Shown: positions 1-9,407 of the stretch, piece by piece
How the letters are laid out: every line of letters begins with the position of its first letter
Position numbering within the stretch: the first letter of the stretch is position 1
NCBI GenBank assembly: GCA_016192525.1
Contig: JACPTZ010000059.1
Coordinates: 20,287 to 84,286 of the forward strand
Reading direction: 5' to 3'
DNA: 64,000 nt
From: Planctomycetota bacterium
Lineage (GTDB): Bacteria > Planctomycetota > MHYJ01 > JACPTZ01
The notes under the pieces: generated by a model
What the model was told of the DNA's origin: nothing
Databases searched by the model: none
What the model saw: the letters and a program-made list of their open reading frames with translations, nothing else
Translations under genes and position numbers: made by a program

Positions 1-710
1 AGGGGACGGCGGGGAACTACTTCTACATGGTGCTGAGCGGGACGGTGGAGGTGATCCAGACCGACCGGGCCGGGACGGAACGGGTGGTGGCGGCGCTCGG
101 CGAGAACGCCTGCTTCGGCGAGATGTCGCTGCTCACCGGCGAGCCCTGTTCGGCCACGGTGCGCGCCGTCGAGGAGGTGCTCTGCGCCACCCTTTCGCGG
201 AAGGAGTTCGACCGCATCCTCGACGAGAACCCGCGTCTCAACCGCTACTTCACGCGCCTCCTCGCCACCCGGCTCCGCGAGACGAACCGGCAGATCTTCG
301 ACGAGCTGGATCAGGGCGTCGTCGGCAAACTCTCGATGATCACGCTCCCGGAACTCGCCCAGATGGTCGCCTCCTCCGGCCGCAGCGGCACGCTGTGGCT
401 CTTCCACCGCGACCGCAAGGGCTCCTCGATCTTCGGGAACGGCAAGATCCGGGGCGTCTACTGCGGGGCGAAGACCGGGACCGAGGCGTTCTACGAGATG
501 ATGACCTGGAAGGACGGCACCTTCCGGTTCGAGCCGGCCCCGCTCGAAGTCGGCGAGGAGACCAAATCGCTCGACACCATGGGACTCCTGCTCGAAGGGT
601 TTCGCCGAATCGACGAAAGCGGGACGATCCCCGCCGACCCGGCCCCCACGGCCCCCACCGACGCCTTCGCCGGCCTTGACCCGACGAAAGACCTGCAGCC
701 GCCGGGTTAG
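1..710 (+). CDS. cyclic-nucleotide-binding domain protein with C-terminal DUF4388-like domain (5' end outside window)
   Basis: Frame continues from the window start (…GDGGNYFYMVLSGTVEV…GENACFGEMSLL…ATVRAVEEV), a typical cNMP-binding beta-barrel. Followed by a GKLSMITLPELAQMV…GTLWLF segment typical of DUF4388. Stop at 708-710. Confidence 0.7.
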   Translation, partial: GTAGNYFYMVLSGTVEVIQTDRAGTERVVAALGENACFGEMSLLTGEPCSATVRAVEEVLCATLSRKEFDRILDENPRLNRYFTRLLATRLRETNRQIFDELDQGVVGKLSMITLPELAQMVASSGRSGTLWLFHRDRKGSSIFGNGKIRGVYCGAKTGTEAFYEMMTWKDGTFRFEPAPLEVGEETKSLDTMGLLLEGFRRIDESGTIPADPAPTAPTDAFAGLDPTKDLQPPG

Positions 711-752
711 TAGACCTTCAAGGCTGAATCTGTGCGTTGCCGGGTGGCACGG

Positions 753-774
753 GCAGCTTGCTGCCCGTGCTCGC
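753..774. terminator. perfect 10-2-10 palindrome CACGGGCAGC-TT-GCTGCCCGTG downstream of the cNMP gene
   Basis: Read directly from the sequence, 43 nt after the stop of the upstream CDS. No U-tract follows, so intrinsic-terminator status is uncertain. Confidence 0.25.
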
Positions 775-1168
775 GCGCTGCAGGCGCGGGCGGACAAGCC
801 CATTGTGCCCCCCCCCTCCTGCCTCACCGCCTCAGCCGCCCAACCCGCCCGTCCTGAGCGAGGCCTCGCCCCCCGTCTTGCGCGGGCCGAGTCGAAGAAC
901 CAGCCGTGGGGCATCGCTTCCCGCGTCTCTTTGTTGGCATCCACCTTTTCCTTCCCCAGCCCGGCGCTTCAGCGCCGGGGAAGCCGGCAGGACCATGATC
1001 CCAGCCCCCTTCAGGGGGCTTCCTAGAGGCCGCGCACGCCGCACATTTCCCGGATGGGCCTTTTTTCGCGTGTTTCTCTTTCCGGCTTGTATTCCGCGGT
1101 GTGTGTGTGTGTAATCTGTTTGGCTGTCTTCATCTCGATCCCCTGGATCCGGAGAAGAGGAGGCGGCC

Positions 1169-2233
1169 ATGGCGAGGAGGATGCTGGCGGGCATTCTGAC
1201 GGCGTTCGTGCTGGGAGGGTTCGGCTGGGCGGTGCGCGAGACGACGGCACAGGTTGCGGACCCCGGCACGATCGTCATCATCGGGGTGAATCTCTCGGGC
1301 CAGTGGGACTTCGACATGACGGTGCTCGGCGCCTCGGACCCGGCGATGATCGGACGGACCTTCACCGGCTCATTCACGGTGTCGGGAGGCGTCCCCACCT
1401 ACACCGGCGACGGCACGTTCAACGGCCTCCCGGCCACCATCAGCGGCAACGGCGCGGTCGATCCCGCGGACGGGGTTACGATCGTTCTCTCCGACCACAT
1501 CGCGACGACCGACTCCACCACCACCTTCACCGCCACGCTGATGTCGGGCGACTTCGGGACAGGGACCTTCGAGGGCGGCACGCTCGACGGCACGCAGACC
1601 TGGGAGGGGGTGTTCAAGATCGCGATCACCCGCCCGCCGACGCAGACGCCGGTGGAACAGGTCGAGAGCGCGTTCGAAGTGGCCTCGCAGCGGGCGCATG
1701 AGGCAACTGAAATGGCCTCTGCTGCTGCCGCGGCGATTGTGGCAGATACAGAAATCAAGCTCGCCACTGTGTTGAGCCGACGCTCGGGGCGCGAGGTTGT
1801 GGAACAGAGCGTGGATGCGCTCCAAGCCGTGCGGGAATCCGTCCTCGCTGAACTGGACAGAAGCACGACGACCTTTCGCGAATCCGCCGAGGCGATTCTC
1901 GTTGGCCTTCCCCGTGCCGAGCAGACTAGTCTCCGTGCGCTCATCGGCCGGAGAATGGGACAGTTGCAATCTGTTACTGGGGCGGCGCGCCGCTCCGTAA
2001 ACGACATCGCCATGCGTATACGGCGAGTTCTATTCGACATCCGTGGTGAGAGCTTGAAGAACAGTATCGAACTCACTCTCGCGTTGAAGCAGATTGCACG
2101 GATTCTGCGCCACTTGGACCATCCGCCCCAGAGCGCGCACATATCCGAGATCGCAAAGAAACTCGCGGCCTTGCTCGATCGGATACTTGTGGCGCTTGAA
2201 GGAGGAGGGGACAGGGCATGCGTGTCAACCTAG
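1169..2233 (+). pseudogene. 5' fragment of a secreted hypothetical protein gene disrupted by IS insertion
   Basis: N-terminal signal peptide (MARRMLAGILTAFVLGGFGWAV). The ORF runs into the left IR of the IS and terminates 17 nt inside it. The last host codons GGG GAC AGG (G-D-R) are the target-site duplication, which reappears at the start of ORF 3576..3932 in the matching frame after removal of IS plus one TSD copy (1381 bp, a +1 shift). Confidence 0.6.
2207..2216. repeat. target-site duplication GGGGACAGGG (left copy)
   Basis: Identical 10-mer at 3588..3597, immediately flanking the IS inverted repeats. Confidence 0.75.
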
Positions 2234-3587
2234 CACGGCCGGTTTGAGCTCAAGGTAAACAAAGAAGCCTCCGAAAGTTGGGGTGTCTAGGTCCCTACCT
2301 CGGAGGCTTCGATGTTGAACTCTACCCGCTGTTTCGGCGAATTTCAGGGGGCTCTGAAGGCCCAAGACATCGTGAAGGTGGCCCGAGAGCGCGATTTCGA
2401 GAGTCGAAAGGCCCGAAAACTCGGTTCGGTCCCCTGGTTCTGGACGCTGATTCTGGGATCGGGAACCGGCCGGAAGCGTTCGCTCGCGCGACTGTCGCGG
2501 CTGGCCGGAGAGATGACGCTCCGACGGATCAGCCGACAGGGCTTCCACCAACGATTCGGTCCGGAGGCCGTCGCGTTCATGCGGGGGATGTGGGAACATC
2601 TGAATACCGTGACGAGCTTCCAGACGAAGGAGTCCCTGCCCGGAAATCTCGCAGCGTTCCGCGACGTCCACGCCTTCGATTCCACAACCCTCGGACTGGT
2701 CGCGCGCCTGGCGAAGGTCTTTCCCGCCTGCCGGACCAACGTGCGCGAAGCGGGCCTGAAGGTCCATACGCGGATGAGTCTTTGCCGGGGACAGGCAGAG
2801 GCGGTCCAGATCACCCCCGAACGCGTCCACGACCGCCGCGGGATGCTCCTCGACGAGAGGGAGGACCTCGCCGATCTCTTGCTCCTCTTCGATCTCGGAT
2901 ACTTCGACTACGCCCTCTTCGGCGCGATCATCCGGGCCAAAGGCGACTTTATCTCGCGCCTGAAGGAGTCGGCCAACGGGACGATTCTTAACGTCCGCCG
3001 CGGCTGCGCTCGTCGTCACGTCGGAGAGGCCTTGAACCAGGCCATCTACAAGGGCCCCGCGGTCGATCTGGACGTCGAATTCGGCGGAAACTCGAAGGCC
3101 TTTCTCGTGCGCGTGGTCGGGATTCGAAACCGCGAGACCGGCGAGTATCATTGGTACCTCACGACGCTCGACTCGGACGCATTCTCCCCCGAGGAGATCG
3201 CGGAAATCTACCGTCTGAGGTGGCAGATTGAACTGCTTTTCAAGAACTAGAAGAGCCTGTGCCATCTGACCGATCTCGACTCCGAGGGCGAGAACGTCGT
3301 GCAGACCCTGGTCTACGCCTCCCTCTGTTTCGCCGCCCTGTCGCGGCTCGTGGCGGTCCTCTCCTGCCGCCGCTACGGTCTCTCCCCGCACGAGATGTCG
3401 ATGCCGATCGCGATCTCCGTCCTCGGCGACTACGCCGTGCCGCTCGCGCGCGCGATGGCCCGAAAACGCGCGCCGCTCGCGCGCGAACTCCTCGACGCGC
3501 TCCTCGAAAGTCTCGCCGTCTACGCCCCGGCACCGAACCGCACCAACGCCATCCGCTCTTTCACGAATCGCTAGGTTGACACGTATG
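2217..3587 (+). mobile_element. IS4-family insertion sequence (1371 bp) with 18-bp terminal inverted repeats
   Basis: IR-L is CATGCGTGTCAACCTAGC (2217-2234). IR-R reads GCTAGGTTGACACGTATG (3570-3587), its reverse complement with one mismatch. Flanked by the 10-bp direct repeat GGGGACAGGG. Contains a DDE transposase ORF ending inside IR-R. Confidence 0.8.
2312..3574 (+). pseudogene. IS4-family DDE transposase with in-frame amber (TAG) codon at 3248-3250
   Basis: Protein shows the IS4/DDE_Tnp_1 C-terminal signature YRLRWQIELLFKN*KSLCHL…NVVQTLVYASLCFAAL. Reading continues in the same frame (frame 2) across the TAG, with conserved transposase sequence on both sides. Total about 420 aa. Confidence 0.75.
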
Positions 3588-3932
3588 GGGGACAGGGATA
3601 TCACTGATGATGACTTGGACTGCCTTCTGACACTGCTTGATGGGGAGGACCCTGATCTCTCGGACGAGGACGCACCGCCTCCCTTGCCCGGTCTGATCTC
3701 CCTGCTGGAGATGCGAGAAGGACCGGCCGGTCAGGTTCCGCCAGGAGGCGCCATCGACGTAGCAAGACTCCTTGCCAAGAAGTTCGGCGTACCGCTTACG
3801 GACGCGGAGTTGCAAAGGCTGGCCGAGGATCTGCGGACGGCGTTCAACATCATCTCCTTGGAGGACGTTGAAAAGAAACTGGCCGCCTTGCGACCGCTTG
3901 TGCAGAAGTTACGGATTCGACTGGGAAGGTAG
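3576..3932 (+). pseudogene. 3' fragment of the IS-disrupted gene (acidic, D/E-rich C-terminal region)
   Basis: Begins ATG GGG GAC AGG GAT, which is IR end plus TSD. The frame matches the continuation of the 1169..2216 ORF once the IS and one TSD copy are removed. The apparent ATG start is created by the IS terminal sequence. Confidence 0.55.
3588..3597. repeat. target-site duplication GGGGACAGGG (right copy)
   Basis: See the left copy at 2207..2216. Confidence 0.75.
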
Positions 3933-3988
3933 CAAAGGGTGTTCGAGCGTCTCTTACCCAAGCGCCGGTCCGTCCCCGGCGAGTCCTC

Positions 3989-5608
3989 ATGAACCCACCC
4001 GCCGGAACATCTTGGACTCGAGGTAAGACCGTTTTGGTCCTGTTCCCGGTCCTTTTCGCTGCCGCTGTCTCGATTCTCCCGTGGCGGTACGAAGGCGGCC
4101 CCGAGCGACGGGAACTCCATTGTCCCTGGCCGGACAGCACAACGAGCGGGAATTCGCTCCCGGCGGTCGGCAGGGAAGTGCAAGTGTCTCCGACGGCGCC
4201 GACGCACTCGACGGACAGGAGCGCGTGCATTGAGATACTGGATCGCATCGAGGCGCTCGCCCCCAAGCGCAGATTGGAAGAGGATCCCAAGTGGGAGGAT
4301 CTCAAGAGCCGATGGCGGGCACAGGGCGGCTGGTGCATACTGAATGCGCGCACGTTGCTGGAACGCCCGGACACGACTGAGACGAAAATGCGGTTCCTCT
4401 CGGAGGTGCTAATCGACTCCGGAGATGACGCCTCACTTCGTTTCGTCTCCGAGTGGCTGAAGGAGTGTCCACAAGGACTCCGAATTCCACTCGCAACGTA
4501 CTATGTCACGCATGTTCGAGCGCTAAGCAGTGACTTCGCAGCCTGGGCGTGGACGCTAACATCGGGCGCCGCCGCGGGGCCGGACGAACGGGAAGCCCTG
4601 AAGGGCCTACGCCTGCTTGGTCTAATTCAGGGCCATGATCCGCGCGCCTCGGCAGCGTTGGTACATTGGGTCCTTCAAGGAACCGCAGAGAATCGCTCGG
4701 CAGCCGCCTTGGCGGCCCTCGCGCAGTGTCCCCCTCCGGACCGTACTGTGCGATTTCGCGAAGTTCTGGCCGCTTTGTCGACAGATGACGCGAGATTCCC
4801 AAGGGCCATCGCGGCCCTGGCCGAGGCCCGGTGGGAGAGCGAGGCGATTCTACAAGCACGCCGGTTGGCTCACGATGCCAGGACGGCCAGGACTCCCCGG
4901 ATCACGTCGTTGGCGTCCGTGGGCCAGGCGCTTCAACTCTGGACCTCGGGACGCGCCGGCCCGCTGGACCCGTCACTCTCGGATGCCGCCTCGGCCGTAT
5001 CGCCGTGGCTAACGCACGTAGACTCTTCGACAAGCGCGGATCCTGACATCGCGGAGAGCCTTCTGCAACTCGCTATGGCCATGCAGGAATCAGCAGGTCG
5101 TTTCGACGGTATCGAAATCGGTCTCATCGCCGAACACGAGCCCAGGTTGCCTTCTGCGAGTCGATCCGCCGTTGCGATTGGGCTCAGCTCCCGACAGAGG
5201 AGTCCCTTCGCCTTCGATCTTCTCTCCCACATCGCGCTCGATGACCCGGACGCCGAGGTCCGCGCTGTGGCCACTCATCAGGTTGGTTATTTCCAGAGCG
5301 ACCGGGTGGTCCCTGACTTGGAACTTCTGGCAACCTCGGACCAGGAACCGATTGTACGGAGGGACGCGCTCGTAGGTCTTGCGCTGCACCGTAGCCTTCA
5401 CGCAGATGCTCTAGGCTCGGACCGAATCATGAGGTTCTTCGTAAAGCGGTTGCACTCCGAGAGCGATGAAAGTGTACGACAGTTCCTTGTTGCGCAGGTG
5501 GCGGAGTGGGGTGATCCCTTCCGAGTCACGGGCATGGAACCGGAAGGAAACTCCCCTGATGGGGAGCGTGCCCGTGCCGACGACGATTCGGACTCGCAGC
5601 GTCAATGA
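3989..5608 (+). CDS. hypothetical membrane-anchored HEAT/PBS-lyase-like repeat protein
   Basis: 539-aa ORF with an N-terminal TM segment (VLVLFPVLFAAAVSIL). Helical repeat region with HEAT-like motifs (DPDAEVRAVATHQVGYF…PIVRRDALVGLAL). GC is lower than the surrounding DNA. Confidence 0.5.
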   Translation: MNPPAGTSWTRGKTVLVLFPVLFAAAVSILPWRYEGGPERRELHCPWPDSTTSGNSLPAVGREVQVSPTAPTHSTDRSACIEILDRIEALAPKRRLEEDPKWEDLKSRWRAQGGWCILNARTLLERPDTTETKMRFLSEVLIDSGDDASLRFVSEWLKECPQGLRIPLATYYVTHVRALSSDFAAWAWTLTSGAAAGPDEREALKGLRLLGLIQGHDPRASAALVHWVLQGTAENRSAAALAALAQCPPPDRTVRFREVLAALSTDDARFPRAIAALAEARWESEAILQARRLAHDARTARTPRITSLASVGQALQLWTSGRAGPLDPSLSDAASAVSPWLTHVDSSTSADPDIAESLLQLAMAMQESAGRFDGIEIGLIAEHEPRLPSASRSAVAIGLSSRQRSPFAFDLLSHIALDDPDAEVRAVATHQVGYFQSDRVVPDLELLATSDQEPIVRRDALVGLALHRSLHADALGSDRIMRFFVKRLHSESDESVRQFLVAQVAEWGDPFRVTGMEPEGNSPDGERARADDDSDSQRQ

Positions 5609-5687
5609 GCCCTGTGGCGGTGTCATAACGCACTGCGTCATAAAATGCCTTGACCCCCCATGCCGCACGCGATAGCATGTCGGGACC

Positions 5688-7019
5688 GTGATCGCCTCCC
5701 GCGACATCTCCCCTGACACCGCCTCCGGCAACGCCGCCCTCGACGGGCTCTCCGCCTGGGCCGCCCGGCACGTCTCCGCGCCCTGGAACGCCACCTGCCG
5801 GACCGCCCGCGGATGGGTGGAAGGCCGCGAACTCCGCGCCGAGGAGGCGGTCGTCGGGACCCCGATGACCCCCTTTCGCGCGGACTACCGCTGCCTGGCC
5901 CCGCTCGTCGGGTCGCTCATGTCCATGGCGCTCCCGGGCGACGGACGGCTCGTCACGCTGATCACCCACCCGGCACCGCTGGAGGAGGGGCGCCGCCGCG
6001 CCATTTTCCGGGCCTATGTGGAGACAACGGGCGACGGGCACATGATCGCGGTCGATCCGCTTCCCCGGGAGGGGCCGTTCGCCGTCGAGGCGGGTCGGGC
6101 GATCGCGGAGGGACATCTCGCCTCGCTGCCCGGGATCGTGAACGCCCACCTCCCCGCGCTGGGCCATGCCCCCGCGGCGTGGGTAAAGGTCGCCGATCTC
6201 CGCTTCTTCGCCCCGTTCCGTCGCTGCGTGTCGCGTTACGAAGAGACGGGCGATCTCACCGGATTCGTCCGGGACACGCTCCTCGCGATCGAGTGCGTTT
6301 ACCGGGAGGGATGGATCGCCTTCGCGCCGGAGCCGCCCTGCTTCGGGAGGTTGAGGGAGATCGCGTCGGCGGTGAGACCGCTTCTGGGAAAGCCGTGGAG
6401 TGCGCAGGAGGTGTTGTCGACTTCGGACGCTCCCCTCTCCCTACCCTCCCCCCTGCGGGGGGAGGGAAACAACAACGGCTCCGGCGCGGACGGCACGGCG
6501 CCCCCCCTCACCCTACCCTCTCCCCCTCCGGGGGAGAGGGAAACAGCGGAACTGATCTCCGGGGCGCCGCCGGCGCGCCCTGACGGGCGCACCACGAACG
6601 AGGGCGCCGTCTCAGAACGGGCGGCACGCCTCCCGCGCCTCTGTCTGGCCGTGGCATCGCGGAAAGGAGAAGTCAGCGCCATCCTGGTCGATCCTGCCAA
6701 TCTCCTCCACCTTACCCCGCCCTATGAGGCGGTCCGGGCCTGTCGCGGAGTTCCCTTCCACCGCCTCGCCCGCACCCTGGCGGCGGCGACCGGGGCCGAT
6801 TTCGTCGAGGCGGTTCGGGAGGAGACCCTCCTCCGGATCGCCGCGCCGCTGGTCGGGAAGAAGCGGGGGCGGGGCGACGCCTCCGCCTGGTTCGCCGCCG
6901 TCCGGGCCTGGGTGCTGGCCCGTCTCCGCTACGGCCGCGAGGTCGTCTCCTGGCCCGGTCCGATCCCCCCCCGAATCCTCCCGCTTCTCGCTCGGGTCGC
7001 CCTTTCCAACGTCCGATAA
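5688..7019 (+). CDS. hypothetical protein carrying two in-frame REP-like insertions
   Basis: 443-aa ORF with GC3-rich codon usage. Two copies of the dispersed palindromic repeat (6445-6467, 6515-6540) are translated in frame as …LPSPLRGEGNNNG…LPSPPPGERETAE…. Whether it is a real protein is uncertain. Confidence 0.4.
   Translation: MIASRDISPDTASGNAALDGLSAWAARHVSAPWNATCRTARGWVEGRELRAEEAVVGTPMTPFRADYRCLAPLVGSLMSMALPGDGRLVTLITHPAPLEEGRRRAIFRAYVETTGDGHMIAVDPLPREGPFAVEAGRAIAEGHLASLPGIVNAHLPALGHAPAAWVKVADLRFFAPFRRCVSRYEETGDLTGFVRDTLLAIECVYREGWIAFAPEPPCFGRLREIASAVRPLLGKPWSAQEVLSTSDAPLSLPSPLRGEGNNNGSGADGTAPPLTLPSPPPGERETAELISGAPPARPDGRTTNEGAVSERAARLPRLCLAVASRKGEVSAILVDPANLLHLTPPYEAVRACRGVPFHRLARTLAAATGADFVEAVREETLLRIAAPLVGKKRGRGDASAWFAAVRAWVLARLRYGREVVSWPGPIPPRILPLLARVALSNVR
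6445..6467. repeat. REP-like palindromic element CCCTCCCCCCTGCGGGGGGAGGG (family R)
   Basis: Imperfect hairpin, followed by AAACAACAACGG. Same family as elements at 6515, 13634, 49001, 52283, 58569, 62045 and 62124. Confidence 0.7.
6515..6540. repeat. REP-like palindromic element CCCTCTCCCCCTCCGGGGGAGAGGG (family R)
   Basis: Second copy, 70 bp downstream of the first, with similar flanks (CTCACCCTACCCTC … AAACAGCGG). Confidence 0.7.
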
Positions 7020-7124
7020 TGACAACGGCGCCGTATCTGCACCGGGTCTCCCCCCGGGTCCGCCCCCGCTCCGTCTCACGGGCGGGGGGGCGGCGCGACG
7101 CCGGGAAAGGAAGGGGTTTTCGTC

Positions 7125-9155
7125 GTGCGACCTGCCCAAGGGTGGGCATGGTGCGCCTTACTCGCCGTGTTGGCGGCGGGCGGGGCCACGCTGTCGGCAT
7201 CGGACGCGGTGAAGCCGTCGTCCAACGGCCCTGCCGCGGCCGGTCGCGGGGGCACCGATCTCGGCATCGCCGAGGACGGCACCGCCCTCAACTCCAACCC
7301 CGCCGGCATCACCCAGATCCCCGGCTACCGCCTCGACGCCCCCTTCGCCATCTTCATCCCCGAGGGCGAGTTCTCGAACGCCCGCAACCCGAAGGTGAAG
7401 ATGAAGCCGAAGACCTTCTTCATCCCGAACTTCGGGTTCGTCTTCGACCTGAACGACACCGGCCTCGTCCCCGGCGAACCGTACCGGGTCCCGCAACGGA
7501 CCGTCCTCCTCGATCACAACAAGAAACTCATGATCCTCGTTCCGACGACGACGGAGCGGCTCCCCAACTACATGGAAATCCGCGTCCGGGGCCGGCACGT
7601 CACCCTCTCGAACATCACCGTCACCGCCGACATCCTGCTCCCCGACGGTCCGGGATCGACCGCCTGGCGCGCGGAGGTGGTCGAGGTGGCGAAGGACCCC
7701 ACGCCCCGCGACGTCGACTCCTTCGGGTACAAGACCTACGCCTCTTTCTACGGTTTCGGCTCGCTCCCGCCGGAAGCACGGGTGCAGCGGGTGACCGTGT
7801 ACTACGACATCGAGACGCATTTCGTGAACGTGGGACCGGTGGCGGGGATGACGGGCGACGAGGCCTCGGTGCTGGTCCTGATCGACGGGATCGAGCGCGG
7901 CCGGTACACCTGCGGTCTCGCCAAGGGGGAGGGTCAGATGATCGACGCCCTCACCGAGGTGGAGGTGGCGCCGATGGTGCCGGGGAGCTTCCGGGACATC
8001 GATCAGACCGAGACGAAGTTCTGGAAGTACGGCATCGGCTGGTTCATCCAGGGCGGGGCGGGCGCGGACTGGGACATCAAGACGGAGATTTTTCCGGGCG
8101 GGGTGAGGTACTACTCCGATTTCGTCCTGGGCTCGCTCACCCCCACGATCGCCTACCAGTTCAGCCCGGACTTCTCGGCCGCCTTCGCGCTCAACCTGAA
8201 CTACTCGCGGGTGGAATTCGACACGCCGCTCTCCCAGCCCTCCTCGATCATGAAAGGATCGGTGCTCCCGCCGCCGCTCCCGCCCCTCCTCACCTTCGGG
8301 ACGGGGCTCCAGGCGCTGTACGGGATCGACCAGATCACGGGGAAGGTGCAGCTCAAGGGCTCCTCGCTCGGCCTCGGGGCCCGTTTCGGCGTGAAGTGGA
8401 AGCTCTCGGACGAGTGGTCCTTCGGCTCATCGTACAACTTCAAGACGATGATGTACGACTACGGCGGCAAGGCGCGGATCGACTTCACCGACCAGCTCGA
8501 CTACCTGGAAAACGTCCTGAATCCGTCGGACTCGCTCCTCGGGATTCCCTTCAACACGACCTGGGACATCATCAAGGTCCTCTCGCTCCCGAACCAGGGA
8601 AGCCGGGGATTCGCGGCCGACTACGACGCCAAGATCGTCGACTTCCAGTTCCCGATGGAGTTCGGGGCGGGCGTGGCGTACGAACCGGACCAGCGGTGGA
8701 GGTTCTCCGGCGACTTCAAGTACATCCAGTGGGCGGACGCCTTCGACACCTTCAAGGTGAAACTCACGGGCGGGAACAACCCAGACGTAAACGCGATCAT
8801 CGGGAGCGAGGACATCGAGGTGAATCTCCCGCTGGACTGGTACGACCAGTACGTGGTCGCGCTCGGGGTGGAGTACCGGATGACGGACGAGCTGACGCTG
8901 AGCGCGGGGTACCACTACGCCAGCCAGGCGATCCCGAAGGACGGGCTGCTGCCGATCGTCCCGGGGATTCCCACCCAGCACGCCTCGCTCGGGGCCCGGT
9001 ACAAGGTGGGGGGATGGACCTTCGAGACCGCCTATGAGCACGCCTTCGAGAACACGCTGAAGAGCGGATTCTCGGAATCGTCGCACGACCTGGACAACAG
9101 CACGCTGAAGATCTCGCAGGACACGCTGTGGTTCCAGGTGTCGTATGAGTTCTAG
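7125..9155 (+). CDS. outer-membrane beta-barrel transport protein, FadL/OmpP1/TodX-like
   Basis: Signal peptide (MRPAQGWAWCALLAVLAAGGATLSA). N-terminal motif GRGGTDLGIAEDGTALNSNPAGI resembles the FadL-family G…G…D..A…NPAG motif. 676 aa with C-terminal aromatic residue (…VSYEF). Confidence 0.6.
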   Translation: MRPAQGWAWCALLAVLAAGGATLSASDAVKPSSNGPAAAGRGGTDLGIAEDGTALNSNPAGITQIPGYRLDAPFAIFIPEGEFSNARNPKVKMKPKTFFIPNFGFVFDLNDTGLVPGEPYRVPQRTVLLDHNKKLMILVPTTTERLPNYMEIRVRGRHVTLSNITVTADILLPDGPGSTAWRAEVVEVAKDPTPRDVDSFGYKTYASFYGFGSLPPEARVQRVTVYYDIETHFVNVGPVAGMTGDEASVLVLIDGIERGRYTCGLAKGEGQMIDALTEVEVAPMVPGSFRDIDQTETKFWKYGIGWFIQGGAGADWDIKTEIFPGGVRYYSDFVLGSLTPTIAYQFSPDFSAAFALNLNYSRVEFDTPLSQPSSIMKGSVLPPPLPPLLTFGTGLQALYGIDQITGKVQLKGSSLGLGARFGVKWKLSDEWSFGSSYNFKTMMYDYGGKARIDFTDQLDYLENVLNPSDSLLGIPFNTTWDIIKVLSLPNQGSRGFAADYDAKIVDFQFPMEFGAGVAYEPDQRWRFSGDFKYIQWADAFDTFKVKLTGGNNPDVNAIIGSEDIEVNLPLDWYDQYVVALGVEYRMTDELTLSAGYHYASQAIPKDGLLPIVPGIPTQHASLGARYKVGGWTFETAYEHAFENTLKSGFSESSHDLDNSTLKISQDTLWFQVSYEF

Positions 9156-9407
9156 CCCCGATACCCGTCGGATAGGCGTCGCAGGTGCCGGGTCTTGGCT
9201 TGTAGGGGGACGGAGTCGCCGTGCCCCTACGGAGTCTCGCGGCCAGGGCCGGGCATGCGAGGACGGCCCGGGGGGACGAGCCGTCCGCGCCACCGCGTCA
9301 CGCATTTTGATTGCCTGATCCCCCCTGGGCCCGGAGAATCTACCCGCGCCGCTCGTGGCGACGGAGCCCCCTCCTTGACGATTCCATCCATCGATCGCGA
9401 CAACCTG

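Noticed and set aside
753-775. Possible sigma-54 promoter TGGCACGGGCAGCTTGCT
   Set aside because: GG to GC spacing is 12 nt instead of the obligatory 10. The sequence is better explained as half of the perfect palindrome CACGGGCAGCTTGCTGCCCGTG.
7019-9037. 672-aa ORF (and many others, e.g. 8427-10796 minus, 10435-12156 minus, 10956-12572, 29904-32504 minus, 31640-34186, 35032-37071, 39254-41023, 41004-43832 minus, 47328-49694 minus, 50177-53002 minus, 53066-54970 minus, 26089-28008, 28489-30165)
   Set aside because: Long stop-free frames overlapping well-supported genes on the other strand or in another frame. This is expected in about 70% GC DNA. Products are Arg/Pro/Gly-rich low-complexity with no motifs.
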